From positions 1,630-65,629 of the forward strand of contig CBFHHV010000005.1 of the NCBI GenBank assembly GCA_965655775.1: a stretch of 64,000 nucleotides of DNA. Direction: 5' to 3'. The stretch is from Candidatus Marisimplicoccus sp. (GTDB taxonomy: Bacteria; Bacteroidota; Bacteroidia; Flavobacteriales; Flavobacteriaceae). The position numbers and the translations under genes were made by a program. The notes beneath the pieces are model-generated. The model was not told the origin of the DNA. It worked only from the letters and a program-made list of their open reading frames with translations, and made no database searches. This document shows, piece by piece, positions 28,464-38,014 of the stretch (position 1 is the first letter of the stretch; the number at the start of each line of letters is the position of its first letter).

Positions 28464-28540
28464 ATTGATTATCAGGGCAATATTACTAATAAATTAACTA
28501 ATTATTAAAAATAAAATTGTAGATTTATTGCCCAATTTTT

Positions 28541-28948
28541 ATGAAAATGAAAAATTACGATTTATCAGCTAGCTGTAATACCATTGAAAAAAACACCAAC
28601 TTCGTAGGTGATTTTAACTCGGAGTCTGACTTTAGAGTTGATGGCTCTTTTGAGGGAAATATTGAAACTAAAGGAAAAGTGGTTATTGGAAAAAACGGAA
28701 ATATTAATGGAACAATTGTATGTTCATGTGCTGACATTGAAGGTAAATTTAAAGGAACTATTCATGTTGACGATTTACTTTCAATTAGATCTTCAGGTGA
28801 GGTCCATGGGGATGTTGTCATGTCAAAGTTGATTGTTGAGTCAGGTGCAATTTTTAATGCAAAGTCCTCTATGCAAAATGACGCAGCTGATATAGCGCCG
28901 CTGAAAAAGATTACAAACTTCAATAATCCTCGTGAAAAAACAGCCTAA
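28541..28948 (+). CDS. Bactofilin (polymer-forming cytoskeletal protein)
   Basis: Beta-helical repeat pattern (FRVDGSFEGNIETKGKVVIGKNGNINGTIVCSCADIEGKFKGTIHV...GEVHGDVVMSKLIVESGAIFNAKS). Confidence 0.8.
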   Translation: MKMKNYDLSASCNTIEKNTNFVGDFNSESDFRVDGSFEGNIETKGKVVIGKNGNINGTIVCSCADIEGKFKGTIHVDDLLSIRSSGEVHGDVVMSKLIVESGAIFNAKSSMQNDAADIAPLKKITNFNNPREKTA

Positions 28949-29135
28949 ACCCTGGCTTATATTTTCTGGTTTATTTTTTCAAATTGCAATAGTAATGTTT
29001 GTTTTGACAAGGCTAGGAAAGTATGCTGATTCTTACTTTCAAAACGAATCGAATCAATTTACTCTTACCTTATCTCTATTGGGAATAATCTTGATAATTT
29101 ATTTAATAATTTCTCAGACAAAAAATTTAAAATAA
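28932..29135 (+). CDS. AtpZ/AtpI-like small membrane protein of the ATP synthase operon
   Basis: 67 aa with two TM helices. GTG start overlapping the bactofilin end by 17 nt. Lies directly upstream of atpB. Confidence 0.6.
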   Translation: MKKQPKPWLIFSGLFFQIAIVMFVLTRLGKYADSYFQNESNQFTLTLSLLGIILIIYLIISQTKNLK

Positions 29136-29184
29136 CTTTTTAAATTTTGACCTCAAATGATTTTATAAATATGTATTTATATAT

Positions 29185-29192
29185 TACATTTG
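29185..29192 (+). promoter_or_regulatory. -7 promoter box (TACATTTG) upstream of atpB
   Basis: Exact TAnnTTTG match 31 nt upstream of the ATG at 29224. Confidence 0.4.
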
Positions 29193-29223
29193 TCGCGCAA
29201 AACTTAATCTACTTAGTTTAAGC

Positions 29224-30294
29224 ATGATATATAATAAGAGCAGATATTTTTTTCTTTCTATATTAATTTTGTCTGCCTCATTTCTTGATGCAAAAGAAGA
29301 AGAAAAAGAGCTGACTCTTCAGGAAGAAATCACTGAGTATATATATCATCATGTACAAGATTCTCATGACTTTTCACTTTTCTCAACCAAGGATAAAAAA
29401 ACTGGTAAAAAAAAGTATTATGGATTCCCACTTCCAGTTATATTGATTGATGACGGTGTAAAGTTTTTTATGTCTTCCAAGCTAGACCACGGAAAAAAAG
29501 TGGTTAACGCTAATGGGAAATATTACAAACTCTATCATGGCAAAATTTATGAAACAAATTCAGAGGGATATATTTCATACGATGAAGAGGGAAATGTAAC
29601 AAACGCAATGCCTCTTGATATGTCTATTACAAAGAGTGTTTTCTCAATCTTGTTAATCTCAGCATTAATGTTTTGGTTATTTACTTCTTTAGCTAAATCT
29701 TACAGAGAGAATAATCAAATTGCATCTGGAGTAGGCAGGTTTTTCGAACCAATTGTTTTACTAATTAGAGATGAAATTGCAATTCCAAGTATAGGTGAAC
29801 ATCATTACAAAAAGTACATGAGCTTTTTACTTACATTGTTCTTTTTCATATGGTTTTTAAACCTATTAGGTTTAAGTCCACTAGGAGTTAATGTAACGGG
29901 TAATATAGCTGTAACATTTGGACTAGCATTAATAACTTTTTTGATTACGAACCTAACAGCAAATAAAACATATTGGAAACACATTTTTTGGATGCCAGGT
30001 GTTCCAGTATGGTTAAAACCTCTTTTGGCACCAATTGAACTTTTGGGAGTATTTATTAAACCTTTTTCATTAATGATAAGGTTATATGCAAATATTCTTG
30101 CAGGTCATATAGTACTTTACAGCTTGATAGGATTAATTTTTATTTTTAAGAATTTAGTCGGTTCTAGCTTATCACTTGTCCTTGTTTTCTTTATTTCAAT
30201 AATTGAAGTTTTAGTAGCCTTACTCCAAGCGTATATCTTTACTCTTTTGTCAGCCCTATACTTTGGTTTTGCAGTTCAGGAGGACGATCATTAA
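29224..30294 (+). CDS. atpB: F0F1 ATP synthase subunit a (with long N-terminal extension)
   Basis: C-terminal LMIRLYANILAGHIVL (essential Arg helix). The ~130-aa N-terminal extension with a signal-like segment is common in Bacteroidota. Confidence 0.9.
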   Translation: MIYNKSRYFFLSILILSASFLDAKEEEKELTLQEEITEYIYHHVQDSHDFSLFSTKDKKTGKKKYYGFPLPVILIDDGVKFFMSSKLDHGKKVVNANGKYYKLYHGKIYETNSEGYISYDEEGNVTNAMPLDMSITKSVFSILLISALMFWLFTSLAKSYRENNQIASGVGRFFEPIVLLIRDEIAIPSIGEHHYKKYMSFLLTLFFFIWFLNLLGLSPLGVNVTGNIAVTFGLALITFLITNLTANKTYWKHIFWMPGVPVWLKPLLAPIELLGVFIKPFSLMIRLYANILAGHIVLYSLIGLIFIFKNLVGSSLSLVLVFFISIIEVLVALLQAYIFTLLSALYFGFAVQEDDH

Positions 30295-30329
30295 CTTTAA
30301 AAATAAATGTATAATTAAAATAAATAAAA

Positions 30330-30524
30330 ATGGAAATACCTAAAATAGTCGGAGCAGGACTTGTAATTATCGGAACAGGAATCGGTATCGGTCTTATTGG
30401 TCGTGGTGCAATGGATGCAATTGGTAGACAACCTGATGCATCTAACAAAATTCTTGTGGCAGCAATTGTTATTGCAGCTCTTGTTGAGGGGATAGCTTTC
30501 GCAGCTTTATTCGCAGTTAACTAA
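30330..30524 (+). CDS. atpE: F0F1 ATP synthase subunit c
   Basis: 64-aa hairpin with loop GRQPD and carboxylate in AALVEGIAF. Confidence 0.92.
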   Translation: MEIPKIVGAGLVIIGTGIGIGLIGRGAMDAIGRQPDASNKILVAAIVIAALVEGIAFAALFAVN

Positions 30525-30536
30525 TTAAATTAGTTT

Positions 30537-31040
30537 ATGGAAAAATTAATAAGTGAATTTTCATCTGGTCTTTTTTTCTGGCAGACGTTAATATTCGTTA
30601 CCCTAATTTTCTTGTTAAGAAAATTTGCTTGGAAACCAATATTGGACACCATTAATGAAAGAGAGAAATCTATTAGAGATTCTTTAAATTCTGCTAAAGA
30701 GGCAAAGAAGGATATGGAAAATCTTCAAGCCGAGAATAAAAAAATTCTACAAGAAGCTAGAGCTGAGAGTGATGCTATGATTAATCAAGCTAAGCAATCA
30801 GGGAAGGAGCTTGTGGAGAAAGCAAAATCTGATGCACGCTTGGAAGCTGAAAAAATTTTAGCACAAGCTCGTATTTCAATCGAGAATGAGAAAAGATCAG
30901 CAATGAATGAAATCAAAAATCAAGTTGCAGATCTTTCTATTGATATTGCATCTAAAGTTTTAGAGCAAGAGCTTGATGATAACAAAAAACATCAAGATTA
31001 TATAAATAAGTTATTAAAAGAGAAAAAATTTGACTTGTAA
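30537..31040 (+). CDS. atpF: F0F1 ATP synthase subunit b
   Basis: One N-terminal TM helix followed by a long charged coiled coil. Operon position supports the call. Confidence 0.88.
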   Translation: MEKLISEFSSGLFFWQTLIFVTLIFLLRKFAWKPILDTINEREKSIRDSLNSAKEAKKDMENLQAENKKILQEARAESDAMINQAKQSGKELVEKAKSDARLEAEKILAQARISIENEKRSAMNEIKNQVADLSIDIASKVLEQELDDNKKHQDYINKLLKEKKFDL

Positions 31041-31042
31041 TC

Positions 31043-31582
31043 ATGGGTTTAGAAACTTCTTCTAAAAGATATGCAAAAGCTCTAATAAGCTATGGAATTG
31101 AAAATGATAGTTTAGATATCCTTTTTGAAGAAATTATGTCTTTAATCAAAACTCTGGAAGATTCAGAGGACCTAAGAAGTTTTATATCTAACCCTACTAT
31201 TTCTAAAGATTTTAAGAAAAAAGTTCTAAATGACTTGACATCTGAATCTCTACCTAATACTTCAAGTGTAATAAACCTATTATCTCAAAATAATCGAGTT
31301 GATATGCTTTTGGATGTCTGTATCGGATTTGTAAAACAATATAACTGGCAAAAAGGCATTGTTGAAGTTAAAGTAACCTCTGCTGTTGAAGTTTTCGAAG
31401 ATCTTGAAAACTCTATAAAGGATTATTTTCAGTCATTAAAAAAGGGTAAAATTAAATTAACCAAAAAACAGGATAAATCTTTAATTGCAGGCTTTATATT
31501 AGACTATGACAATATAAGATTAGATACAAGTGTTAAAAAGAGATTAGATAAAATGAAAAAACAACTGAAGGCGACAAATTAG
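31043..31582 (+). CDS. atpH: F0F1 ATP synthase subunit delta (OSCP)
   Basis: 179 aa, starts RYAKAL. Lies between atpF and atpA. Confidence 0.85.
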   Translation: MGLETSSKRYAKALISYGIENDSLDILFEEIMSLIKTLEDSEDLRSFISNPTISKDFKKKVLNDLTSESLPNTSSVINLLSQNNRVDMLLDVCIGFVKQYNWQKGIVEVKVTSAVEVFEDLENSIKDYFQSLKKGKIKLTKKQDKSLIAGFILDYDNIRLDTSVKKRLDKMKKQLKATN

Positions 31583-31609
31583 TTATGAAAAAATTAAAAA
31601 TTATAAAAA

Positions 31610-33184
31610 ATGCAAAAAATTAAACCAGCTGAAGTATCAGCTCTATTGAAAAAACAATTAGAATCAGCAGAGATTCAAACATCATTTGATGAAGTTGGAA
31701 CAGTGCTTGAAGTAGGAGATGGAATTGCGCGTGTATATGGTCTAACAAATGCTGAATATGGTGAGCTTGTCTCTTTTGATAATGGCCTTCAAGGAATGGT
31801 GTTAAACCTAGAGGAAGATCATGTGGGTATTGTTCTATTTGGTCCTTCCAAAGGAATAAAAGAGGGAGATACTGTCAAGAGAACCAATCAGATTGCATCT
31901 ATTAAAGTTGGAGAAGGGATTCTTGGACGAGTTGTTGATACACTTGGAAATCCTATTGATGGAAAAGGCCCAATTGAAGGAGAGCTTTTTGATATGCCAA
32001 TCGAAAGAAAAGCTCCAGGTGTTATATACCGTCAACCAGTTAATGAGCCACTGCAAACTGGAATTAAATCAATCGACGCGATGATACCTATTGGAAGAGG
32101 CCAAAGAGAGTTAGTAATTGGTGATAGGCAGACTGGTAAGACAACTGTTTGTATTGACACAATCCTAAACCAAAAAGAATTTTACGATGCTGGAGAGCCT
32201 GTCTTTTGTATTTATGTTGCAATAGGTCAAAAGGCATCAACGGTTGCAGGGATTGCAAAAACTCTTGAAGAAAAAGGAGCTTTAGATTACACTGTTATAG
32301 TTGCAGCTAACGCATCAGACCCTGCTCCTATGCAAGTATTTGCTCCATTCTCTGGCGCATGTATAGGGGAATATTTTAGGGATACAGGAAGACCAGCATT
32401 AATTATATATGATGATTTATCAAAACAGGCAGTAGCTTATAGAGAGGTTTCACTTCTTTTAAGAAGACCACCTGGAAGAGAGGCATATCCCGGTGATGTT
32501 TTTTACCTTCACTCAAGGCTTCTAGAAAGGTCTGCAAAGGTTGTTAATGACGACAAAGTTGCAAGCGGAATGAATGACTTACCAGCATCATTAAAATTAA
32601 AGGTAAAAGGAGGGGGTTCATTAACAGCGCTTCCAATAATTGAGACTCAAGCAGGAGATGTATCAGCATATATCCCTACAAATGTAATTTCTATTACAGA
32701 TGGTCAAATTTTCTTGGAGTCAGATTTATTCAACTCTGGAGTTAGGCCTGCTATCAATGTTGGGATCTCCGTTTCAAGAGTTGGGGGGTCTGCACAAATA
32801 AAATCAATGAAAAAAGTTGCGGGTACTCTTAAGCTTGATCAAGCCCAATATAGAGAGCTTGAAGCATTCTCTAAATTTGGTTCGGATCTTGATGCTGCTA
32901 CATTAAATGTGATAGAAAAGGGTAGAAGAAATGTTGAAATTTTGAAACAAAATCAAAATGATCCATTCCAAGTTGAAGATCAAGTTGCAATAATCTATGC
33001 TGGATCTCAAAACCTCCTAAAAGAAGTTCCTGTTGAAAAAGTAAAAGCATTTGAAGAGGCTTTTCTTCAAGAACTTAGAAAAAACAACAAAAAACTTTTA
33101 GCAGAATTAAAATCAGGAAAAATTTCTGATAAAGAAACAGACGAAATAAAAAAGGTAGCTGAAAAAGTTGCAAAATCATTTTAA
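31610..33184 (+). CDS. atpA: F0F1 ATP synthase subunit alpha
   Basis: Walker A GDRQTGKT and the ITDGQIFLE signature. 524 aa. Confidence 0.97.
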   Translation: MQKIKPAEVSALLKKQLESAEIQTSFDEVGTVLEVGDGIARVYGLTNAEYGELVSFDNGLQGMVLNLEEDHVGIVLFGPSKGIKEGDTVKRTNQIASIKVGEGILGRVVDTLGNPIDGKGPIEGELFDMPIERKAPGVIYRQPVNEPLQTGIKSIDAMIPIGRGQRELVIGDRQTGKTTVCIDTILNQKEFYDAGEPVFCIYVAIGQKASTVAGIAKTLEEKGALDYTVIVAANASDPAPMQVFAPFSGACIGEYFRDTGRPALIIYDDLSKQAVAYREVSLLLRRPPGREAYPGDVFYLHSRLLERSAKVVNDDKVASGMNDLPASLKLKVKGGGSLTALPIIETQAGDVSAYIPTNVISITDGQIFLESDLFNSGVRPAINVGISVSRVGGSAQIKSMKKVAGTLKLDQAQYRELEAFSKFGSDLDAATLNVIEKGRRNVEILKQNQNDPFQVEDQVAIIYAGSQNLLKEVPVEKVKAFEEAFLQELRKNNKKLLAELKSGKISDKETDEIKKVAEKVAKSF

Positions 33185-33187
33185 TAT

Positions 33188-34048
33188 ATGTCAGGATTAA
33201 AAGAGATTAGAAATAGGATAAGTTCAGTTTCTTCAACTATGCAGATCACAAATGCCATGAAAATGGTATCTGCTGCTAAGTTGAAAAAAGCTCAGGATTC
33301 TATTACTGCAACTCTTCCATATTCGAATAAACTTTCAGACTTAGTTAAAAATATTTCGGCATCTATTGACTCAGTTGACTCTAACCCATTGTTTGTTAAA
33401 CGAGAAGTTAAATCTGCACTTGTTGTTGTAATAACATCTAACAAAGGCCTTTGTGGTGGATTTAATTCTAATATAATTAAAGAGGTATATAATATTGGTT
33501 CCCAATATGGAACAAAAAAACTTGAGCTACTAACAATTGGAAAAAAAGGAAATGATATTTTGAAAAAGAAATTCAATGTTATCAGCTCACATAATGATTT
33601 ATATGATGACTTTTCATATTCAAACGTAAGGTTAATTGCTAATGATATTATGGCGCTATACACTGAAGAAAAATATGATGAGGTTATTTTAGTATATAAT
33701 CATTTTAAAAACGCTGCTACTCAGATTATTACAAAAGAACAATTCCTTCCAATTGCTGAAAATTCAGATGAGGATTTATCTATACAAGGCGATTACATTT
33801 TTGAACCAAACAGGGAAAAGATTCTTAATGAATTAATACCAAAGACTTTATCAATTCAACTTTTTAAATCTATTTCTGATTCCATTGCTGGAGAACATGG
33901 AGCAAGAATGACAGCAATGCATAAAGCAACTGATAATGCTTCAGAGCTAAGAGATCAATTAAAGCTTACTTATAACAAAGCAAGACAGACAGCAATTACT
34001 AATGAAATTTTAGAAATTGTAGGGGGGGCAGAGGCCCTAAACTCATAA
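33188..34048 (+). CDS. atpG: F0F1 ATP synthase subunit gamma
   Basis: N-terminal LKEIRNRISSVSSTMQITNAMKMVSAAKL and C-terminal ITNEILEIVGGAEAL. Confidence 0.93.
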   Translation: MSGLKEIRNRISSVSSTMQITNAMKMVSAAKLKKAQDSITATLPYSNKLSDLVKNISASIDSVDSNPLFVKREVKSALVVVITSNKGLCGGFNSNIIKEVYNIGSQYGTKKLELLTIGKKGNDILKKKFNVISSHNDLYDDFSYSNVRLIANDIMALYTEEKYDEVILVYNHFKNAATQIITKEQFLPIAENSDEDLSIQGDYIFEPNREKILNELIPKTLSIQLFKSISDSIAGEHGARMTAMHKATDNASELRDQLKLTYNKARQTAITNEILEIVGGAEALNS

Positions 34049-34076
34049 AGAGAGATATACATCCTTACACTTTTTG

Positions 34077-34084
34077 TATTTTTG
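34077..34084 (+). promoter_or_regulatory. -7 promoter box (TATTTTTG) for the nucleotidyltransferase-DUF4292-EnvC unit
   Basis: Exact TAnnTTTG match 15 nt upstream of the ATG at 34100. Confidence 0.4.
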
Positions 34085-34099
34085 ATTTAAATCAACTAA

Positions 34100-35125
34100 A
34101 TGAAGATATTTATTCCTATGGCTGGAAAAGGAACAAGGCTAAGACCTTTTACTTTAACCTGTCCAAAACCTCTATTAAAAATTATTGACAAGCCAATAGT
34201 TGAACACCTTATAGACCAAATTACTTCAAAGCTAACAACCCCTGTTGATGAAATCATATATATATTAGGAGATGAAGGATATTTTAATTCAGATGTAGTT
34301 AAATCTTTAACTTCAATTTCAGATAAGTATAATGCGAAAACTAAAGTGTATAGGCAGCTTGATCAGTTAGGGACAGGTCATGCAATTATGTGCGCAGAAG
34401 AGTCATTAGAGGGGCCATCAATTATTGCATATGCAGATACAATGATCCAGGGTGAAATCTCTATTGATCCAGATGCTGATGGAATAATATGGGTAAAGAA
34501 AGTGGAAAACCCATCTAGTTATGGTGTTGTAAATCTTGATAAAGATGGAAACATATCTAGTTTAATTGAAAAACCCAAAGATTACATATCAGATCTTGCA
34601 GTTGTGGGTATTTATTACTTCAAGGACATATCGTTAATAAGAGATGAACTGAAGATTCATTTAAGTGAAAAATTGAGTCCAGGAAAAGAATACCTTCTCA
34701 ATTTTGGAATTGAGAGAATGATAGATAATAAAAAGATTTTTAAATCACAAGAGATAGAAACATGGATGGATTGTGGTACACCAAAATTATTAATTGACTC
34801 TGCAAAAAAAATTATGATGAAAAATGCAGCTTCTGATATAAATAATAGTCTTACTGAAGAAGGTGTTGTTAAAATAAATCACCCAGTCTTTATAGGTAAA
34901 AATGTTAAGATTAAAGATTCAGAAATTGGACCTTATGTTTCAATTAGCGACAATGCTCATATATGTAGTTCAAGTATAAAATCATCATTAATATATACAG
35001 GTGCAAAAGTTTCAAATGCAGATATTAAAAACTCTATATTTGGAGCATATTCAGTTTATGACGGATCAAACAAAGAAGTTTTTTTAGGGGATTATTCACA
35101 AATAAATGATAATGAAGACAATTAA
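34100..35125 (+). CDS. Sugar-phosphate nucleotidyltransferase with C-terminal left-handed beta-helix
   Basis: N-terminal IPMAGKGTRLRPFTLTCPKPLL (GxGTRL motif). Hexapeptide-like repeats in the C-terminal third. Confidence 0.8.
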   Translation: MKIFIPMAGKGTRLRPFTLTCPKPLLKIIDKPIVEHLIDQITSKLTTPVDEIIYILGDEGYFNSDVVKSLTSISDKYNAKTKVYRQLDQLGTGHAIMCAEESLEGPSIIAYADTMIQGEISIDPDADGIIWVKKVENPSSYGVVNLDKDGNISSLIEKPKDYISDLAVVGIYYFKDISLIRDELKIHLSEKLSPGKEYLLNFGIERMIDNKKIFKSQEIETWMDCGTPKLLIDSAKKIMMKNAASDINNSLTEEGVVKINHPVFIGKNVKIKDSEIGPYVSISDNAHICSSSIKSSLIYTGAKVSNADIKNSIFGAYSVYDGSNKEVFLGDYSQINDNEDN

Positions 35126-35903
35126 TAAGATTTATTCTGCTTTATTTTGTGCTCTATTATTTTTATTCCTACAAGGTTGTTCCGTCAAAAAAAATATTAC
35201 AAGTGATGCTCCATTAAAAGACATTGAAATATCTGAAATATTTAAGAATTCAAGAAAAACAGAACTCAAGTTTCAAAATTTAAGAAATAGAGTAAAAGTT
35301 GAATTTGATAATGGGCGATTGATTCAAAATGTTAATTTAAGTTTTAGAGCTTTAGAGGATGAAATTTTATGGATTAGTGCATCAATGATAGTTCCAATAG
35401 CAAAAATATTGATGAGCAATGATAGATTTATTTTTTATGAGAAATTTCAAAAAACATTTATTGATCAAGATCTATCTCAAGTATTGAAATTAACCGATTA
35501 CAAAAAACCAGTTAAACTATTACAAGATTTACTTTTTGGTAACCCAATTGTAGATATGAATAAAGGGAATTGGGAAAGAATAGATAATTCTATTTATTAT
35601 GTCCTCCAGTCTTCAAAAGGCATTCAAACAACCATTTTTATAAATCCAAAAACCTTTATGCTTGATCAGCAAAGAATCTATATCCCTTTACTCTCTTCCT
35701 TGGTAACAGTCAATTATAGAAATTATAAAAATATTGATGAAAAAACAGTCCCTAATGAGATATTAATCTCATACATAAAAGGCAGTCGAATAATAAAAAT
35801 AAACCTTGAGTATTCTCAATTTGATTTCCCAGAAAATCTAAACTTTCCAATGGAAATACCCTCTGACTACAAACGTGTAACTTTAAATGAAATTCTTAAG
35901 TAA
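35106..35903 (+). CDS. Lipoprotein, DUF4292/LolB-like (function unknown)
   Basis: Signal peptide plus lipobox (FLQGCS). Overlaps both neighbours. The family assignment is from memory only. Confidence 0.55.
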   Translation: MIMKTINKIYSALFCALLFLFLQGCSVKKNITSDAPLKDIEISEIFKNSRKTELKFQNLRNRVKVEFDNGRLIQNVNLSFRALEDEILWISASMIVPIAKILMSNDRFIFYEKFQKTFIDQDLSQVLKLTDYKKPVKLLQDLLFGNPIVDMNKGNWERIDNSIYYVLQSSKGIQTTIFINPKTFMLDQQRIYIPLLSSLVTVNYRNYKNIDEKTVPNEILISYIKGSRIIKINLEYSQFDFPENLNFPMEIPSDYKRVTLNEILK

Positions 35904-37095
35904 GATATATATTTTTTTATTTATGCTTTCAGTTATTCAACTGAATGCCCAGGATTATCAGGCAAGACAAAAAAAATTAGAGGCACAGAAAATTTCTTTA
36001 AAAAAAGAAATTAGTCAGATAAATTCATTAATTGCTGAATCAAAAAAAATATCCAAGAACCTAGCCGATGACATAGAAGACCTTCAATTAAAAATCTCTG
36101 TACGTGATAAGCTTATTAATATTAATAATTCACAACTTAATAATTTGACTAATATTATAAATAATCAAAATGATAGAATAGATGACTTAGAGGTTAATTT
36201 AAAAAACCTTAAAAATGAGTACGAAAAGATAATATATAACTCATACAAAAAAAGATCTACTCAGATGAAACTAATGTTTTTGTTTGCCTCTGAAAACATC
36301 AATCAGGCCTTTAAAAGGTTTCAGTACTTTAAACAGTATTCTAAATACAGGAAAAAACAGGCTGATAGAATTGTCCAAGTTCAACAAGAAATAGAGGATA
36401 ACGTTGATAGCTTACTTATTAGCAAGACCCAAAAGGAGAAGTTAATTGAAGAAAACAGGGATGTCAAGCAATCATTGACAATAGAAAAACAACAACAAGA
36501 TAATTTATTTAAGGGCCTATTGAAAAATCAAAAGGATTATGCTGCACAAATAGATAAAAAAGAAAAGCAGACAAAGTTAATAGACAATGAGATTCAAAAA
36601 CTGATAAGACTAGCAATTGCAGAATCAAATAAAAATAATAACTCAATAAATTTTGCATTAACACCGGAGGGTAGATTAATCTCAACAAACTTTCAAGCTA
36701 ACAGAGGGCGCTTGCCATGGCCAGTCAAAGAAGGAGTTATAGTAAGAAGATTTGGTACACAACCCCACCCCGTTGTTCGAACAACAACAATTAATAGTAA
36801 TGGAATTTCAATTGCAACGTCTCCAAACGCTATAGCTTATTCTGTTTTTGACGGTGAGGTTTTGTCTGTTTATGGTTTCTCAGGAGGAAACCCAGGAGTT
36901 TTGATACGACATGGAAAGTATATTTCTAATTACCAAAACCTATCATCAATATTTGTAAAAAAGGGTGATAAGATTAATGCCAACGATGAAATAGGTGTTG
37001 TATTTACTAACGAATCAAATGGTAAGACTGTTTTAAAATTTAATATTTTTAATGAACTAAAACCAGAAAATCCTACTATTTGGTTGGACAATTAA
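35887..37095 (+). CDS. EnvC-like murein hydrolase activator (coiled coil plus degenerate LytM/M23 domain)
   Basis: Signal peptide, ~230 aa of coiled coil, then an M23-like domain lacking HxxxD and HxH (NGISIA and LKFNIF at those positions). Confidence 0.75.
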   Translation: MKFLSKIYIFLFMLSVIQLNAQDYQARQKKLEAQKISLKKEISQINSLIAESKKISKNLADDIEDLQLKISVRDKLININNSQLNNLTNIINNQNDRIDDLEVNLKNLKNEYEKIIYNSYKKRSTQMKLMFLFASENINQAFKRFQYFKQYSKYRKKQADRIVQVQQEIEDNVDSLLISKTQKEKLIEENRDVKQSLTIEKQQQDNLFKGLLKNQKDYAAQIDKKEKQTKLIDNEIQKLIRLAIAESNKNNNSINFALTPEGRLISTNFQANRGRLPWPVKEGVIVRRFGTQPHPVVRTTTINSNGISIATSPNAIAYSVFDGEVLSVYGFSGGNPGVLIRHGKYISNYQNLSSIFVKKGDKINANDEIGVVFTNESNGKTVLKFNIFNELKPENPTIWLDN

Positions 37096-37991
37096 TTCTC
37101 AATTAATAACCAAGCATCAACTCCGCTGGTTTTTATTTTTGAAATTAATTCTGCCGCTTCTTTTCTTGTCTTAAGTCTTGCATAGGCGACCCTGTAAAGA
37201 CCTTTAGGGTTTATTGAGGTATATGAGGCTTGATAACCCTTTCCTATTAATGTGTTTAAATGTTTTTCGGCGTTTCCCTTAGATCTAAATGCACCTGCTA
37301 TAACGCTGTAATAAACTGAATTATCCTTAACAATAGGAGCAGTAACATTTATGTTAATAGGAGGAAGCTCACCTAAATTAAAAGTAGCTGACTGAACATT
37401 CTCAAGAATTTTTTTTTGAGCTATTGCAATATTTTTTAATTTCTCGTTATTGAGATAGTCATTATAGTTAAAATATCCAAAGTAAGAGAATCCGAAGACT
37501 ACTATAGCAATAGCTGCATATTTTAATAAAACGCTACTGCTAAACTGATTATTCTTTTTTGATTCTTCAGAGATTTTACTAAGCAAAGGTTCTCTAACAA
37601 AAGGTTTTAAACCGAACACTTTATTGTCAAAGTTTATTGAAAAATCTGGATTAAATACTAGCGTTTCTTTTTCTTTTAATTCAAAAACCCCAAGACTTTC
37701 AGTATCAATAATTAAGTCTTTAGATAGACTTTCTTTAAAGGAAATGACCTCTTTCGATATTAGTTTTAGAGATTCTTTATATGAAATATTCTTTTCACCA
37801 CTAATGTGTTTTGCTAGCAAACCATCATTATCTTTGAGCATAGCATTAAAAGACACATGTTTGCTAGGGGGAAAGAACTCATTTTTTTTAATGAAGGCGG
37901 ACTTGCTTTTAAGAACAAAGGCACCAAAATTAGGAACAATGACACAATCATTAGAATGCAAAAGCTTAGCTACATCTTTAAAAATACCCAT
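37092..37991 (-). CDS. HU-like N-terminal domain / SPOR domain protein (septal peptidoglycan binding)
   Basis: N-terminal HU-fold-like VIVPNFGAFVLK, a central TM helix, and a C-terminal SPOR pattern (YSVIAGAFRSKGNAEKH...YRVAYARLKTRKEA). Confidence 0.75.
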   Translation of the reverse strand: MGIFKDVAKLLHSNDCVIVPNFGAFVLKSKSAFIKKNEFFPPSKHVSFNAMLKDNDGLLAKHISGEKNISYKESLKLISKEVISFKESLSKDLIIDTESLGVFELKEKETLVFNPDFSINFDNKVFGLKPFVREPLLSKISEESKKNNQFSSSVLLKYAAIAIVVFGFSYFGYFNYNDYLNNEKLKNIAIAQKKILENVQSATFNLGELPPININVTAPIVKDNSVYYSVIAGAFRSKGNAEKHLNTLIGKGYQASYTSINPKGLYRVAYARLKTRKEAAELISKIKTSGVDAWLLIEN

Positions 37992-38014
37992 TAAGTAAAT
38001 TTAAAAAAAAACAG

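Noticed and set aside
28475-28533. 8-bp inverted repeat GGGCAATA ... TATTGCCC in the ferredoxin/bactofilin divergent spacer
   Set aside because: There are only 8 bp per arm with a 43-nt spacer and no extension of complementarity. It may be an operator, but it is too short to separate from chance without comparative data.
30330-30524. Possible Na+-translocating ATP synthase c subunit
   Set aside because: The residue after the conserved carboxylate is Gly (VEGIA), not the Ser/Thr of Na+-binding c subunits. Helix 1 also lacks the mid-helix Gln, so it is most simply a proton-coupled enzyme.
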